This document shows, piece by piece, positions 13,101 through 25,650 of a DNA stretch of 64,000 nucleotides. How positions within the stretch are numbered: the stretch's first letter is position 1; every line of letters begins with the position of its first letter. Source of the DNA: Vicugna vicugna. Lineage: Eukaryota. The DNA is taken from positions 1,738,001-1,802,000 of the forward strand of contig MU058153.1 in the NCBI GenBank assembly GCA_013265495.1, given 5' to 3'. The translations under genes and the position numbers were made by a program. Under the pieces are notes generated by a model. The model saw only the letters and a program-made list of their open reading frames with translations. It did not search any database and was not told where the DNA came from.

Positions 13101-15254
13101 AATTAGACAAAACCAGGAATTAAGATTTTTGACATTGTTCATATGTCTTCCTGTTTTTCATTTTGCCTACATGAACTTCTCTCTGTAATCCTGAGACACC
13201 CTTCTATTACCAGGGGCAACCCAGGGAGGAAGTGAGTGAGAAATGTATAGAATTGTTACTGGCAAAATGCAGAGAGTAACAAAGAATTGCTATTCAGCTA
13301 GGGGATTCACAAAAATCATCTTGCAGTAAGAGCTTATAATCTAGGACTTGAAAGATGGAAATTTTTTAAAATTCTCAGCATATCAAGAACCAATTCTGGA
13401 ACCAGGTCATCATGTCTTACATAGATAAGAATTGTATTCTGCTTATAACAGCTCATGAAGTTAGCACCCTAGAATAGCAGTATGCAAGAGCAAGGGATAA
13501 GAATTTCATCCCAGAGAGGGTGATGTGCATTTGTCAAAAGAAGGGACCACTGAAAGCAGGGAGCTTTTCCCTTTAACCAATATCGATGCACCAAGGAGGC
13601 TAGTGTTATGGGTTTTCCATTAAGATAAATCCCACCCCATAACATTGTTAAGTGGAAAAGAACCTGAGCTCTTCTTCCTTTTATTCCCGTATAGTGTGAA
13701 CTTGTCCATTTTCTTTAGGAGTGATAGTGATGCGGGAATTAGCTCAACATCTGGCTTTGGAGACTGGCAGGAGAGAGAGTGTGCTCCCAGGAAGGGCAAT
13801 GGGGACCCTTTAGGCAGGGATTGGGCCACCTGGACAGGGAGCTCTGGACATCACTGCCAGGGTGGGACCCAGGGAAAGCAGCCGTAAGAGTGGAGATGGA
13901 GTGCAGTCAGCCAGACGCCCACCATGACCGAGCTGATCCACAAGAAATCACATGTTCTGTCAGCTGAATTGGCACCAACAGTCCCCAGGGATGGGCCAGT
14001 CACACTTCAGGAGCCTTCAGTTCAGAGGACAGCACAACAACTTGAAGTCAGCCTTGAGACTCTTTTCATTTGATGGTGTATGTATACTTAACACCCTCAT
14101 CCCGGAAGGCACTACTGGGACATGGAGCAGGGACAAAGGAGGTCCCAAACACTGGGTCCGTATCCCAGGGACGTTCATCTCCGAAACATGCAAATAAACT
14201 AATCTTCTAAAGTCTATCTCAGATTATAAAATTAAACCAGACTTAACCCTCCCTTCTCAAAAAAAATTAACTTTGATTCTTTTCTACTCTTCTTACCCAG
14301 CAGTGGTTAGAGGTACTATACTAGGGGATAGTATGTCATTTTCGGAGAATAAAGAACGATATCTTTCTGCAGACTTGAGTGTGCTATGCATAACTGTAAT
14401 TCCAGAGAAACTTGAAATCCTATTTAAAGCGACAGATCACAGATATACCTTGAAGTGTATTCATGTTTAAACTTCTTCAGGCTCAACCACGCATTAAACT
14501 CACTCTTGCTTCTGTCAGATCATTGATTTGACATTGATCTGATTTGATTACACTTAGATAGATGATATCAGCTCTAATATTGAGGAAGTAGATGATGCAG
14601 AGCAATTAGTCACAAAGCTCTTTTGTAAGCCTCCAGTATAATGAACCCTGAGCAAATTAGACCGTAAGCATAATATCTCCCATTTTAATTTGATTTCTGA
14701 GCTCCAGAATTAGGAAGGCCATCAGTAAGATCCGTTGTTATTTTCCCCAATATAATTAGAGGGTCAGCAATTTGATCTTGTCCTGATGACAAAACAATTA
14801 TCTATGGCATCCCCTTTCCCATTTAGGAAAAAATAAAAGCCGGTGCTTACTTACGTTTCTTTTCTAATTAAGTAGAGTCCGCCCTGCTTTCACAGGGCTG
14901 GAATGAGCAAAGCATCAATGTCAGAACTGAAGCTCAGTGTGAGTGCAAAGAATATCCCAGGCAGGAAGAATCACAACCACATCAATAGTAATTCTCTGAC
15001 TCTCCCATCATTACCCCCCCGCCTCTGCATGGATAAGCCATCAGCGTTTTCTTTTATCTCTGGAAGTGTGGCTGGGGCTCTGTTCTCCCATCTGAACTGC
15101 GTTTGCACTGTGAGCTCCCCAGCTACCCTGGTGACTGTCTGGTCACTTCAATTTTCTCCACTTTTTCAATTACCTGAGCTGAGCGTTTTGCAATAGAATT
15201 TCTCTAGCAAACTATAAGAAAATAGAAATTAATGCAAAAAATGGATCTGTGTTT

Positions 15255-15503
15255 GCTCATCGTTGACTTACAGTGTTGTGTTAGTTTCTCATGTACAGCG
15301 TATTGATTCACTTATACATATATACTCTTTTTCATGTTTTCTATCATTATAAGCTATTGCAAGAGACTGAATATGGTTCCCTGTGCTAAACAGTAGGACC
15401 TTGTTGTCTATCTGTTTTGTATAAAGTAGTTAATATATACATATCCCAAACTCCTCATTTATCTATCCACAACTCTCCTTGTGGTAACCATACGTTTGTT
15501 TTT
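15255..15503 (-). mobile_element. L1 3' end fragment (cetartiodactyl type)
   Basis: gttgacttacagtgttgtgttagtttct...ttccctgtgctaaacagtaggaccttgttg...ggtaaccatacgtttgtttt. Confidence 0.85.
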
Positions 15504-16199
15504 GCCATACTGGAAATTTGAAATTCTGTGAACTCCCTTGAGAGACCACTCCAATTGCTTACAACCTTTAATGAGGAGGTTCTCTTAAAAGACTAATTCA
15601 AAATTTTTGATATTCAGTTAATCCAACCTTCTTCTTATGAACAATCAGTATTCAGTATTGTGGCATGTAAGTAACATGATAGTTTTTTCAGATTATTTTA
15701 TATTTACCATATTAAGACTCCTGGCTGTTTTTGGTCCCCCACTTATATTTTTGTTTTGTTTTATCTTCCTCAGCTTATACAAAATAAAAATATGGCTGAA
15801 GCCCTATTTCTATTATTAATAGACAATGTCTTAAATTACTTTGTTTTGAAACACACTCAATAACACCAGCCTTGACAGCAACCCAGATACTCCAGAGAGA
15901 ATGGGACCAAAACCCACAATGAACACTGTGGACTAGATCAGAAGAAGAAGAAGAAAAAAAGAACAGGTTTGCAGTGCACAGAATTCTTAACTTTAAAGCA
16001 GAATGAAGTCCTGTAAAGTTCTGCTTGCATGATAAAATTTGACAAGTATGTGAACCACCACCTTCCCTTTTAATCTTGGTGTACCCATCTTAGTTACAGA
16101 ATTACTCCTCATCTGAAGGAAAGTCACCTGATACCTACATTAGGGCAGGTGAATTGATCAGTTCTTACCAAAAAACACATTCTTAGACCTAGAGTCCTT

Positions 16200-16450
16200 A
16201 AGTGTCAGAACATGGGTGCAGATATCTGCTGTGGCGAATTTAGCTCTGTGACTTGGAGCAAATTGCTTAAACTTGCTGACTTCGTTTTCTTCTATGCTTT
16301 ATCCATGTTTGGTTTGTGTATAACAGGAACCATCCCACTAACTTCATAAAATAGTTCTAAGAATTAATGAAACAATAAAGAAAGTTAAGCACTTGGCCTA
16401 ACAAGTAATACAGTGATCATTTGACAAATGATCATTGGTTTGATTATTTA
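16200..16450 (+). mobile_element. MIR
   Basis: gctctgtgacttggagcaaattgcttaaactt...aagaattaatgaaacaat...aagcactt. Confidence 0.6.
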
Positions 16451-17904
16451 GTTTTAGTATTATTCCTAATTTTTATCTGAAGAAGAAATTCTCTTTGGGA
16501 TTTTTGTTCTCCCCAAGCACATTGACAAGCCATAATTACAAGGCAGTTCCACCTGTTGTTTTGGGCAAAAAGGTATGTCTGGGAAACCGTCTGGTAACCA
16601 TGTGTCCCTCTGAAGCACTGAGGATTAGGACATCAACAGAACTTTTGCGAGAACATTTCAAATGATAGTTTCAGCAAAAGTCTTAATTTTACTTTTAGTA
16701 TTCAGTTTTAGATCATATTTCCTTCCTATTTCCTAAATTTCAATGGTTAGAGTAAATTATAGATTGGGACATTTACATATAATTGAGTATTTCCGGAATG
16801 TATAATGATTTTAACATCTAGCTATATCAGAAGCACCTTTCCTGTATCCTTCCTTTTTCTTTTTCTTTTTTGTCTTGCTTTGTCCTTCACAAAAAGGGCA
16901 AACAATGCAAAAATACATCCCCAAATGATTGAATTTATCTGCAAATTGCTTCCAGGTGCTCATATCACTGTCTCTCCATCTTCAAACAAAAGACCAAAAA
17001 GAGAATTAGATTCAATGTCACTGAAAAGCAAAATCATGAGGAATTTAAATGGTTTTGGTTTTTGCTTCATTTTCCATCTAAAATATTGCTTATTTCTACT
17101 TCTCCAGTCCATATTTACTTATACTTTCCAGTTTATACCACTAATACAGGATGAGACTTTTGTTTGCTCTGACGTTCCAGTTGCCAACATAGCACATGAC
17201 TCAACCGTAAGTGCTGATTGACTCTAATATGGGGATTCCAAGTGCTTGAAATTCACTCACTGGAGGGTATCTAAAGCATCATGACTTCAGAGGATGTGTT
17301 GGTAATAAACTGATCAGAACATATTCATCATAAATATATAAAGGAAGCTGTTTAAGCTCTGACCGTAACCCTAACCTTTGTTTATATTTTCTTATTGTGG
17401 ATGTAAACGATACTTTAAAGGAGTTTGAAAGAAATATTACTCTGTTATCAATTCAACATACAACTTTCAATTCATTCAACATTCCTCCACCTTTGTTCCT
17501 CTTAAGAAATGCAAAGACAAATATGACAGCAGCTAAGCCACCATCTAGACACATAGACTAATTTTTTTTCCTCGTGTCCACAGGAGATCACCAAAAGAAC
17601 AAAGGCAAAAATAAACAGCTACAAATAAATCTGCACAACTCCATTGGCCTCTAAATTAAATATGCACCATTATAAATAAAATATCCACACATGGACTTGG
17701 ATTGTCTACATTTGGAGCTTTCATTAATAGTATTGCTGACCTTCAGTGAAAATTAAGGAAAAAAATCTTGATTTAATGACATCTAAATTAATGAATCAGT
17801 ATTATTGCTTTCGTATTTTAATTGAGTCTTTTAGCTCACTGGATAAATGTTTGGCCCATAGGGTGATATATTGAAACCACGTGAGCAATATTCACTGTCT
17901 TCTT

Positions 17905-18462
17905 CTGGGTATCAGGATTTTTCTAGTTGTAAATCACTAAAACCCAACTCAACTAGTTCTAACTAAGAAGAGGATTTTCCAAAAACTGTGCAATCAGGGA
18001 GTGGCATGAGTCTCAAGGACATCTGAAAAGCGAAAAGTTATCATTAGAACCATGTTCTTTCTCTCTACCTACCTGTGTTGTTACATCTCCTCGCCCCTCT
18101 TTGTTTATTTTTTAAGCCTTGGGAATCTTGGAGTTGTGTGGGTGTCATAAGCCTAGAAAGTTGAAGCATGCATCCTTCCAACTGAGCAAGGTTAGGGAAA
18201 AAAAGAAACCCTCAATCTGGGTCTGCGGGTAAACTCCTAGAGAAGCATTCTGATCTGTTCAGTGTATGTGGCTGCTTCTTGGCTGACCAATGTGGACCCC
18301 AGGGGGAGTGAAGATAATTTTATTATCCTCAATAAAGTGCCCACTCTTATGTCAAAGGGCTTGAGAACTATGATTGCCAATTCACTAGAACTTCTTAGGT
18401 CCAGGACCGCGTCACAAAGGGGAAGTGGTTGGTGAAAAGGACAAAAGGACACTCTGTACACA
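17905..18462 (-). mobile_element. Old MaLR LTR (MLT1K/J-like)
   Basis: atcaggatttttctagttgtaaatcactaaaacccaactcaactag start motif. Confidence 0.5.
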
Positions 18463-18719
18463 AATGCAACATATCCTCTAAGGAGAGCTAGTTGAATGAG
18501 TTGAGTATCACTACATATCTGAAAATATTCACTCATCTTTACAATTGTGTTGAATCAGAAGTGTCAAAGTGCTGTCAGTCTGAACGTGCTCAGATAGTAT
18601 TACAGGAGCAGCTAAGGTACAGATGAGACTTGGCATTTCATATGTTTATCCATTCATACATTCAGATATGTTTCTTTGCTTCTGCTATGTGTTTAAGGGT
18701 GGTCCTAAGTTCAGTTCGG

Positions 18720-21560
18720 TTATTTATTTTACATTATTTTCTCTTTAGAAGTTTTCAAACCCACAGGAAACGTAAAAGAATGCGACAGTGAACAATCACA
18801 TACATTTGCCTGGATTCACCAGTTGTTAACAGTCTCTCTCTCTCTCTCTTTTGAACATAAATTGAAGGACTCATGATGATTTATCCCCAAAAAACCTTAG
18901 CATCCAGCTCAAAAAAATAAGGACATTCACCACAGCACCTTCTGAAAAGTAATATAATTCAATAATACGATCTAATGCACAGGCCATATTTAGTTTTCAC
19001 CTAAATTTCATTTATCATTATTTTAAGATCCAAGGTCCAGAAAAAGTTGATGCATTTGATTTGTAGCTCCATTAGTTATTTTAAATCTAAGACAGCCCCT
19101 CTACATTTTTTTTTTCACATTGCATGCTTTTCCAGGGAGTTTATGCCACTAATCTCCCAGAACATCTTGCATTCTATATTTATCCATTTGTTTTGTCATT
19201 ATCAGATGTAGACTAAACACTCTTGGAAAGAATACTACTAAGGTGGTGTTTGTATATTTTATTGCATCAATTCTGGAGGCATGTAAATCCAGTTTCAGAA
19301 TATTGGTAATGCTGAATGTGATTATTTGATTAGGGTGATGAACAATACAGATTGTAAAGGAAGTCTTTTCTCCTTTTTGGAAAGTGGTATGTGAATAGTC
19401 AGCTTTTTAAAAAAAAAGGTCATCAAATGTTCTTAGCATCCTTTGATGATCTTTACCTGAATTAATCGTTACACTGGGGGTTATGAAATGGTGATTTTCT
19501 CATTCTACCATTATCAGCTAGAATTTCTTAATGAAGAGAGATTTCCCTCTTTCCCTCTTTCTCTCATTTCCTATTATTGTTTTTACTATCATCATCATTA
19601 TTATTTTAGTGTCACTGTAGGTCTGTGAATTTTTTAATCCCATGTATTGTGATTTGTTTCCATTATTACTCCCTATTCATTTTAATGCTCAGGTTTTCCC
19701 ATATTTGGTTCCTGGAAGAGCGTCACATTAGCTTCTTTGTCCTTGTTTTCAGACATAATGTGTTCTAAACTCACCTTATCCTTTATCTGCTGAAACCCAG
19801 AACTATTCATTTTTACAAGATGCATTGTTTCTCTTCTTAGGGAACGGTATTTTGAAAGCAATATTTGGGACCTAGACTTGCTTATGATGCCAGTGTCATT
19901 ATTTCCAAGTCTTTTTAGTGAGTAGAGATAGAAAAATACTTTTATCAAATCTGAACCTATATTAATATATTCAAGTATCATCCAGTTCCACAGCATTCTT
20001 TCTCATTTTCCCTAGTTCACATTGCATTTACCTTCTTAAGCAGTGAATACACTCATTTCCAAAAATATTTGCTATAATTTATAATATATTAAAAACAATT
20101 TTGAATCATACCACCAATGCTTTTTACCTAAAACAAACCTATAAATCAGTCTTGAGATTTTTTTCTTTTTAGATTTTGTTTGCCTTTAGAATATATTCCT
20201 GGAGATGAAGGGTGTTTAAAAGTTATATGAAATAATTATTTGATCTATGTTTTCATGTTTTCAATCTGAGATGTAGTTAAATTTTGTAATTTCCATTCAT
20301 AGTCAATTTTAAGGTTTGGTTTTCTTCCTATTTTGTTTATACAGTTTATATTTTGAATATGTGAAACACTGACGTGGTTTAAAATTCAAACCATTTTAAA
20401 AAGTATACCCAGAAAAGTCAGACTCTTATTCTGATGCCTTACCCTATGTCATGCGCCCTCTCTAAGCCCATTTTCCCTTAGTTGCTGGTTTATCTTTTTG
20501 CACACATAAACACACATTACACCACACACACATTCTTATTTCCCTTTCTGTCTCATGCAGAAAGTAGCTCACTATATATGTTCTTTCATTCCTTTCATTG
20601 TACATTTGACAATTCATGCCAAAAGATGCTCAGGTCAGTTTATTGAGGTCGCCTTCATTTTGACCAGGTTTCGCTGTACTGCACCGTGTGAATGTGCCAT
20701 AGTTTATTTAGCCCAGGCTCCTCTGAATGACACATACATAGTTCTGACATTTCACTTTTCCAACTGACTCCACAATGAGTAAGCTGTGCACATATTATCT
20801 CATATTGGTGGAAGTATAGCTTTACAGTCACTTCTCATAAGCGCAGTACACTGTTCTTAATAAATTCTCATGACTGCAATTCTCATAAGGTAAACACGTT
20901 TGTGGTTTTGATAGAAATGTATTAAATATTTCTCAAGAGCAGTTGCATCACTTTGCTCTTTAACAAGCAAAGTCAGATAGTGGCTCTTTTTTTTTGGAGA
21001 TTTATCTAAGAAGTTTGCTGTTGTCATTTAAAACTTTTTGTCAAGCTGTTGCCATGGTGAAAAATATCATGTTGGCCTTTTACTTTCTATTTCTTCTACT
21101 ATAAGTAAATTTGATTATCTTTTCACATGTTTAAGGGCTTTTTGTCTACATTTATATGCAAAGTGTTTTTCTTAAGAAATATGTTGGTTCCTTTGTCCCT
21201 TAAACATTTTTACCATTTTATTTTGAACAATTTGGCATTACAGAAAAGTTGCAACAATAATACAGAGTACTATCCCAATAGAGTCTTCACTCCATTTCTC
21301 TCAAGGTTAATTTCTCACATAACCATAGCACACCTATCAAAACCAGTACACTAACACTTTATTGAACTACACACCATATTCAAATTCCAGCAGTTTTTCC
21401 ACTAATGTCTCATTTCTCTGCTAGGATCCTGAATAGACCTCTTTGATTTTGAGTACTGTTTATACATTAAGGACATTGACTCTTTCTGTGATATAAATTG
21501 CCAACAGAGTCTCCCAATTTGTCATCTGTCTCTGTTCCTGCTCATTGAAACATGAGTCTG
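18720..21560 (-). mobile_element. Cluster of old L1 (L1MC/L1ME-like) 3' fragments
   Basis: L1MC-type 3' ends at ~18720 (ttttcaaacccacaggaaacgtaaaagaat...ggattcaccagttgttaaca) and ~21215 (tttattttgaacaatttggcattacagaaaagttgcaa); ORF2-antisense-like sequence at 20690-21180. Confidence 0.7.
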
Positions 21561-21579
21561 TCTTTCACTCCATTCCACT

Positions 21580-21825
21580 TCCAGATGCCAAGCTATTTTT
21601 AAGCTACTTAAGTTCTTGTAATTCTGTCACAGCTCTCTCAGAGTTTCCTTCATTGCATTTATCAAGTTAAACTTTTTCATTTGGTTATTTGCTTGGTTTT
21701 TTTCCCCTCCTCACTCAACTATAAAAGCCATGGATTCTGTGTTTAGTCACCACCATACAGCCAGCTCCTGGAAGAGTACCTGCCACACATTCACTTTTTA
21801 CCATTATCTATTGAGTTCATTAACT
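21580..21825 (+). mobile_element. L2 3' end fragment
   Basis: tgtgtttagtcaccaccatacagccagctcctggaagagtacctgccacaca. Confidence 0.5.
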
Positions 21826-21844
21826 AGATCATCAAGAAGCCATG

Positions 21845-22236
21845 CCATTGAAAGGACTATTGAAGAAGTAAGAATATTTGGCTTAGAAAAGATAAAATTA
21901 GATAGAAATATGGTAGGCATTTTCAAATATTTAAGAAGCAATCATATAAAAAATACATTTATTTTATGTAACTCCAGAGGCCAATCAGGGCAGCAAAACA
22001 GCTATTTTTTTTCCAAAATTAGGAATTGTTCTCTAATGCTTTAAGTTTTAATTAGAAGAATTAAAAAAAAGCCATCTGACAACAGGAATGTCTTCTTAGC
22101 CATTAGAGTATTTTCAAAGAGAAAATGAATTTCAGCCTCACGAAGAGATTGGAGAGGAGGTTCATGCATAAATTTGGTTTGACTAAATAAATTCTAGTAA
22201 GTATATTTCCAAAGCTAAGATTCTATAAAGCCATGA
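21845..22236 (+). mobile_element. L3/CR1 LINE 3' end
   Basis: Translates ERTIEEVRIFGLEKIKLDRNMVGIFKYLRS, matching the CR1 ORF2 tail ([30 protein letters not shown]); ends ctaagattctataaagccatga, like the CR1 ATTCTRTG terminus. Confidence 0.8.
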
Positions 22237-24069
22237 AAAAGAGCTTTAAGGGTACGTGTTGCTATAACCATCCTTTTAGGAGAAAGAAGTTATGGAGTAT
22301 GAGCCCAAATGAATGAATTCATAATGGTAAAATCTGAGCAGTTAAACAGCTAAGTGGGAACATATTTGGGGCAGTAAATATTTCTGGTCACCAGAAAGTA
22401 ATACTATATTTGAAATCCTTTCTCTGCTTATAGTCATGAATGATACTGAGTTGTGCAAATCATGCACTAATCTGACACATCTATTAAAAAGTGAAACTAT
22501 TTGCCTGTGTCATCTGTCTTTTTCTTTTCTTTTCTTTTAGGTAGATTAATCACACCTACTGGAAGCATGTTAGACTTGAGATACGGTTTTGAAATTTATA
22601 GATGAATTGATAAAGGCTAAAAACTGAGCCCTAATGCTTGAAATAAACATTTCTACAGGTTCTTGGGCAAGCACCTGAAGTGAATAAATGAATGCACATA
22701 TTTGAAGAATAAGAAACTTTTATGTTTCATCTCAAATTTCAAGGAATGGGTCTTGGAAAATAACACGTCCCACTAATTATGCTGCTTTTGCCATGGCATC
22801 ACAAGGTGCCTTCAAAATGTTTCATTTTGTGGACCAACATGTCTCTAACCTACATTTCACTTGTTGGCTAAAGAGAAATTCAGTGCTGATATCTAATTAA
22901 GTGCTGATTAGAAGAATATAAACACACAACCTAATATTAAAGTATAGCCCATAAGGCAGAAGGAGCCAAAATCTGGGAAACGCAGTGGAAATGAATTATT
23001 AAGTCATCAAACATTGAAGCCTAGAGGGTTATTTGCTCATGGCTAGCTACCCAGTTGGAAGGGCCAGTCATTTTTCTGTTTACTTTAAGGCAGACATCTC
23101 ACAAAACACCGTTTGCTCAAGGAAATTCTGTAATTTCATAATCTGTTCTACATGTCTTTAGTACATTGTATTTGCCACAGAGGGCAAGTCTGCAAATGCA
23201 CCTGCTCAGTTTGATGTTTATGAAAATGGCAATTATGATGATGTAGCATTGAAATAAAACTTTGCTGGATAGAAATTAAAGAGTGAAAACAATGATCTGC
23301 TAAAAACTATTATTTTGTCAGCCATTCCATTCATCAAAATTGCAATTAATTTCTTCCTCTCCAGCATCATTGTGGTTGAAACAAAGACCAGTAATCTAAC
23401 ATCTGGTTGCAGATTGAAAAAGAGAACACTCCCTTCTTTCACAAAGCTCTGTTAAGCATCGTGTTTACACTGTTAGATGAGATAGTTAAAATTCTCTAGT
23501 GTTCAATGGCTTATATTTATTGTGATTTAGACTCTGAGAAATTTGCAATCCAAGTATGGAAGGAGTATTTGATAAAAAAAAAAGTCTTAAAACAGCCTCT
23601 CTTGCTTTTCAGTTGCTTGGAGATGTCTGCAATATTATTAAGATTTTAAAAATAATGTTAGTGCATTGTTAGCGTTCACTTTGCATTTCATATGAAACAA
23701 TTCTTTCTTGCACATAAATACATTCAGAGTTTGCAAGGGTTAGATATATTTCTTGTCCTTTTACTTGCAGCCCAGCTCTTCATTCTGAATGAATCACCTT
23801 TCTGTGTAAGTTCGTTCTTTTGTCCTGCTTTTCTTGCCTTTATACCTTTCGCTTTTCTTATTCATTTCCTCCCCTTCTCCATTTAGCCTCTACCACTAAT
23901 GTCATTACATAAAGAACAAAGCTTTATATATGGGCTTTCCTTATATCTAAGGATACAAGGAAATATATACAGATATATTTAGATATAATGATATATCCGC
24001 ACATACTCATTTCACTTAATATAAGGACTATACATATATATAACATTAGAGATGTACAGAAGCATACAT

Positions 24070-25650
24070 ATTTGAGTATATTGCTGGTATTATTTTGAAC
24101 AGTTATCTGCTATATTAAGAATAAGAAAAATAAAAAATTGTATTTAACCTTCTCTTGTACCTTCTTCAGTGTTCTGCCTTCCTTTGTGCAAATATGAGTT
24201 TCTGACTTATGTAACTTTCCTCCTCTCCAAAGAATTTCTTCTTACATTTCTTGTAACACAGGTCTCCTGGCAACAAGGACCCTCCATTTTTGTTTGTCCA
24301 AGAAAGTCTTTATTTCTCCTTCACTTCAGTAGGATAATTTCACAAAGTACAGAATTCTACATTACTGGGTTTCTTCTTTCAACACTTCACATGTTTAACT
24401 CCTTCTTTGCTTGCTGGTTACTGAGAAAGGCGTCAGGTATAATTCTGACCTTTGTTCCTCTATGTGAAAAGTGTTTTCTTCCTCTAGCCGGGTTCAGCCT
24501 TTTTGTTTGTTTTCCTTGATTTTCTCTAGTTTGAAAATGTTGTTGTTGTTGCCATTTTTGTTTTATTGGCGTTTAACCTGCATGTTATTCTCTGAGTTTC
24601 CTGGATATGTGGCATAGTGTCTGCCATTAATTCAGGTAAAATTCTTAGTTATACTGTTTTTTAAAATATTTCTCCTGTTTTCTGCCTCTCGTCTCCTGGT
24701 ATTCCCACTATGCAAGTACAGCTGCCGTCCATAGTTGTCCTGCAGTCCTTGGATATTCTGTTATGTTTTTTTCAGTCTTCGTCCTCCTTGCCTCTTGGTT
24801 TTCAAGGATTCTCTAGCTCAGAGATCTTTCCTCAGCTGTGTCCAGGCTACTAAATATCAAAGGCATTCTTCATTTTTGTTACCTTTTAAAAAAAATCTCT
24901 AGCATTTCTTTTTTGATTCTTTCTTAAGATTTCGGTCTTTCTACTTACATTGTTCACGGTTCTTGTGTGCTGTCTACTTTATCCACCAGAGCCCGCAGCA
25001 TAATAATCATGGTTGTTTTAAATTCCTGGTCTGATGATTCCAACACCTCTGCCTTGTCTGGCCTGATGCATGCTTTCTCTCGTCAAGTTGTGCTTTTTGT
25101 CTTTCAGTAGGCCTTGTAAGTTTTCCCGGATAGTTGGGCAAGGTGTACAGAGTAAAAGGAGCGGCTAGAAATCGGACTTCAGCAATGGGGTGGTGAGATA
25201 CGGGGAAAGAGGAAGCGTTCTACAGTCCTATGATTAGGTCTCAGTCTTTTAGTAAAACTTCTTGTCTGGATTATACATTTTATAAGAGTTTCTCAGTCTT
25301 TTTCTCCGCATTTGGTGGGGCAGGACGGCTAGAGTGGGCTAGAGTAAGCTACTTCTCTTCCCTCAGGTCAGTTAGGCTCCGATAACATCCCAGCAGGTTA
25401 GGCTCAGTTTAATCAGTTTCCTCTGAAGGTAGGAAGAATACTCCCATGTGTTTCTGTTTGTCTCTCTTCCTGCCACGAGCTCGAGAGGATTTTTGTTCAG
25501 TGCTCACCCTGGGAAACTGGTCAAGTTCCTGGAAGTTAACTCCCTACTGATTTTTTTTTTTTTTTTACCTTTGTTCGGTGTTTTACTTGTTAGGGCACTG
25601 TGGTGACTTCAAGATTTCTTACTTGCAGAACTGAAAACCAGAAATATTTA
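24070..25650 (-). mobile_element. Old L1 5'/ORF1 region (L1MD/MC-like)
   Basis: agaaagtctttatttctccttcacttcagtaggataatttcacaaagtacagaattcta is an ORF1-antisense hallmark, followed by 5'UTR-like sequence. Confidence 0.75.

Noticed and set aside
23172..23190. CTCF-like gccacagagggcaa (also ccactaggtgtta at ~4990)
   Set aside because: Mismatches at core positions; not supportable without ChIP data.
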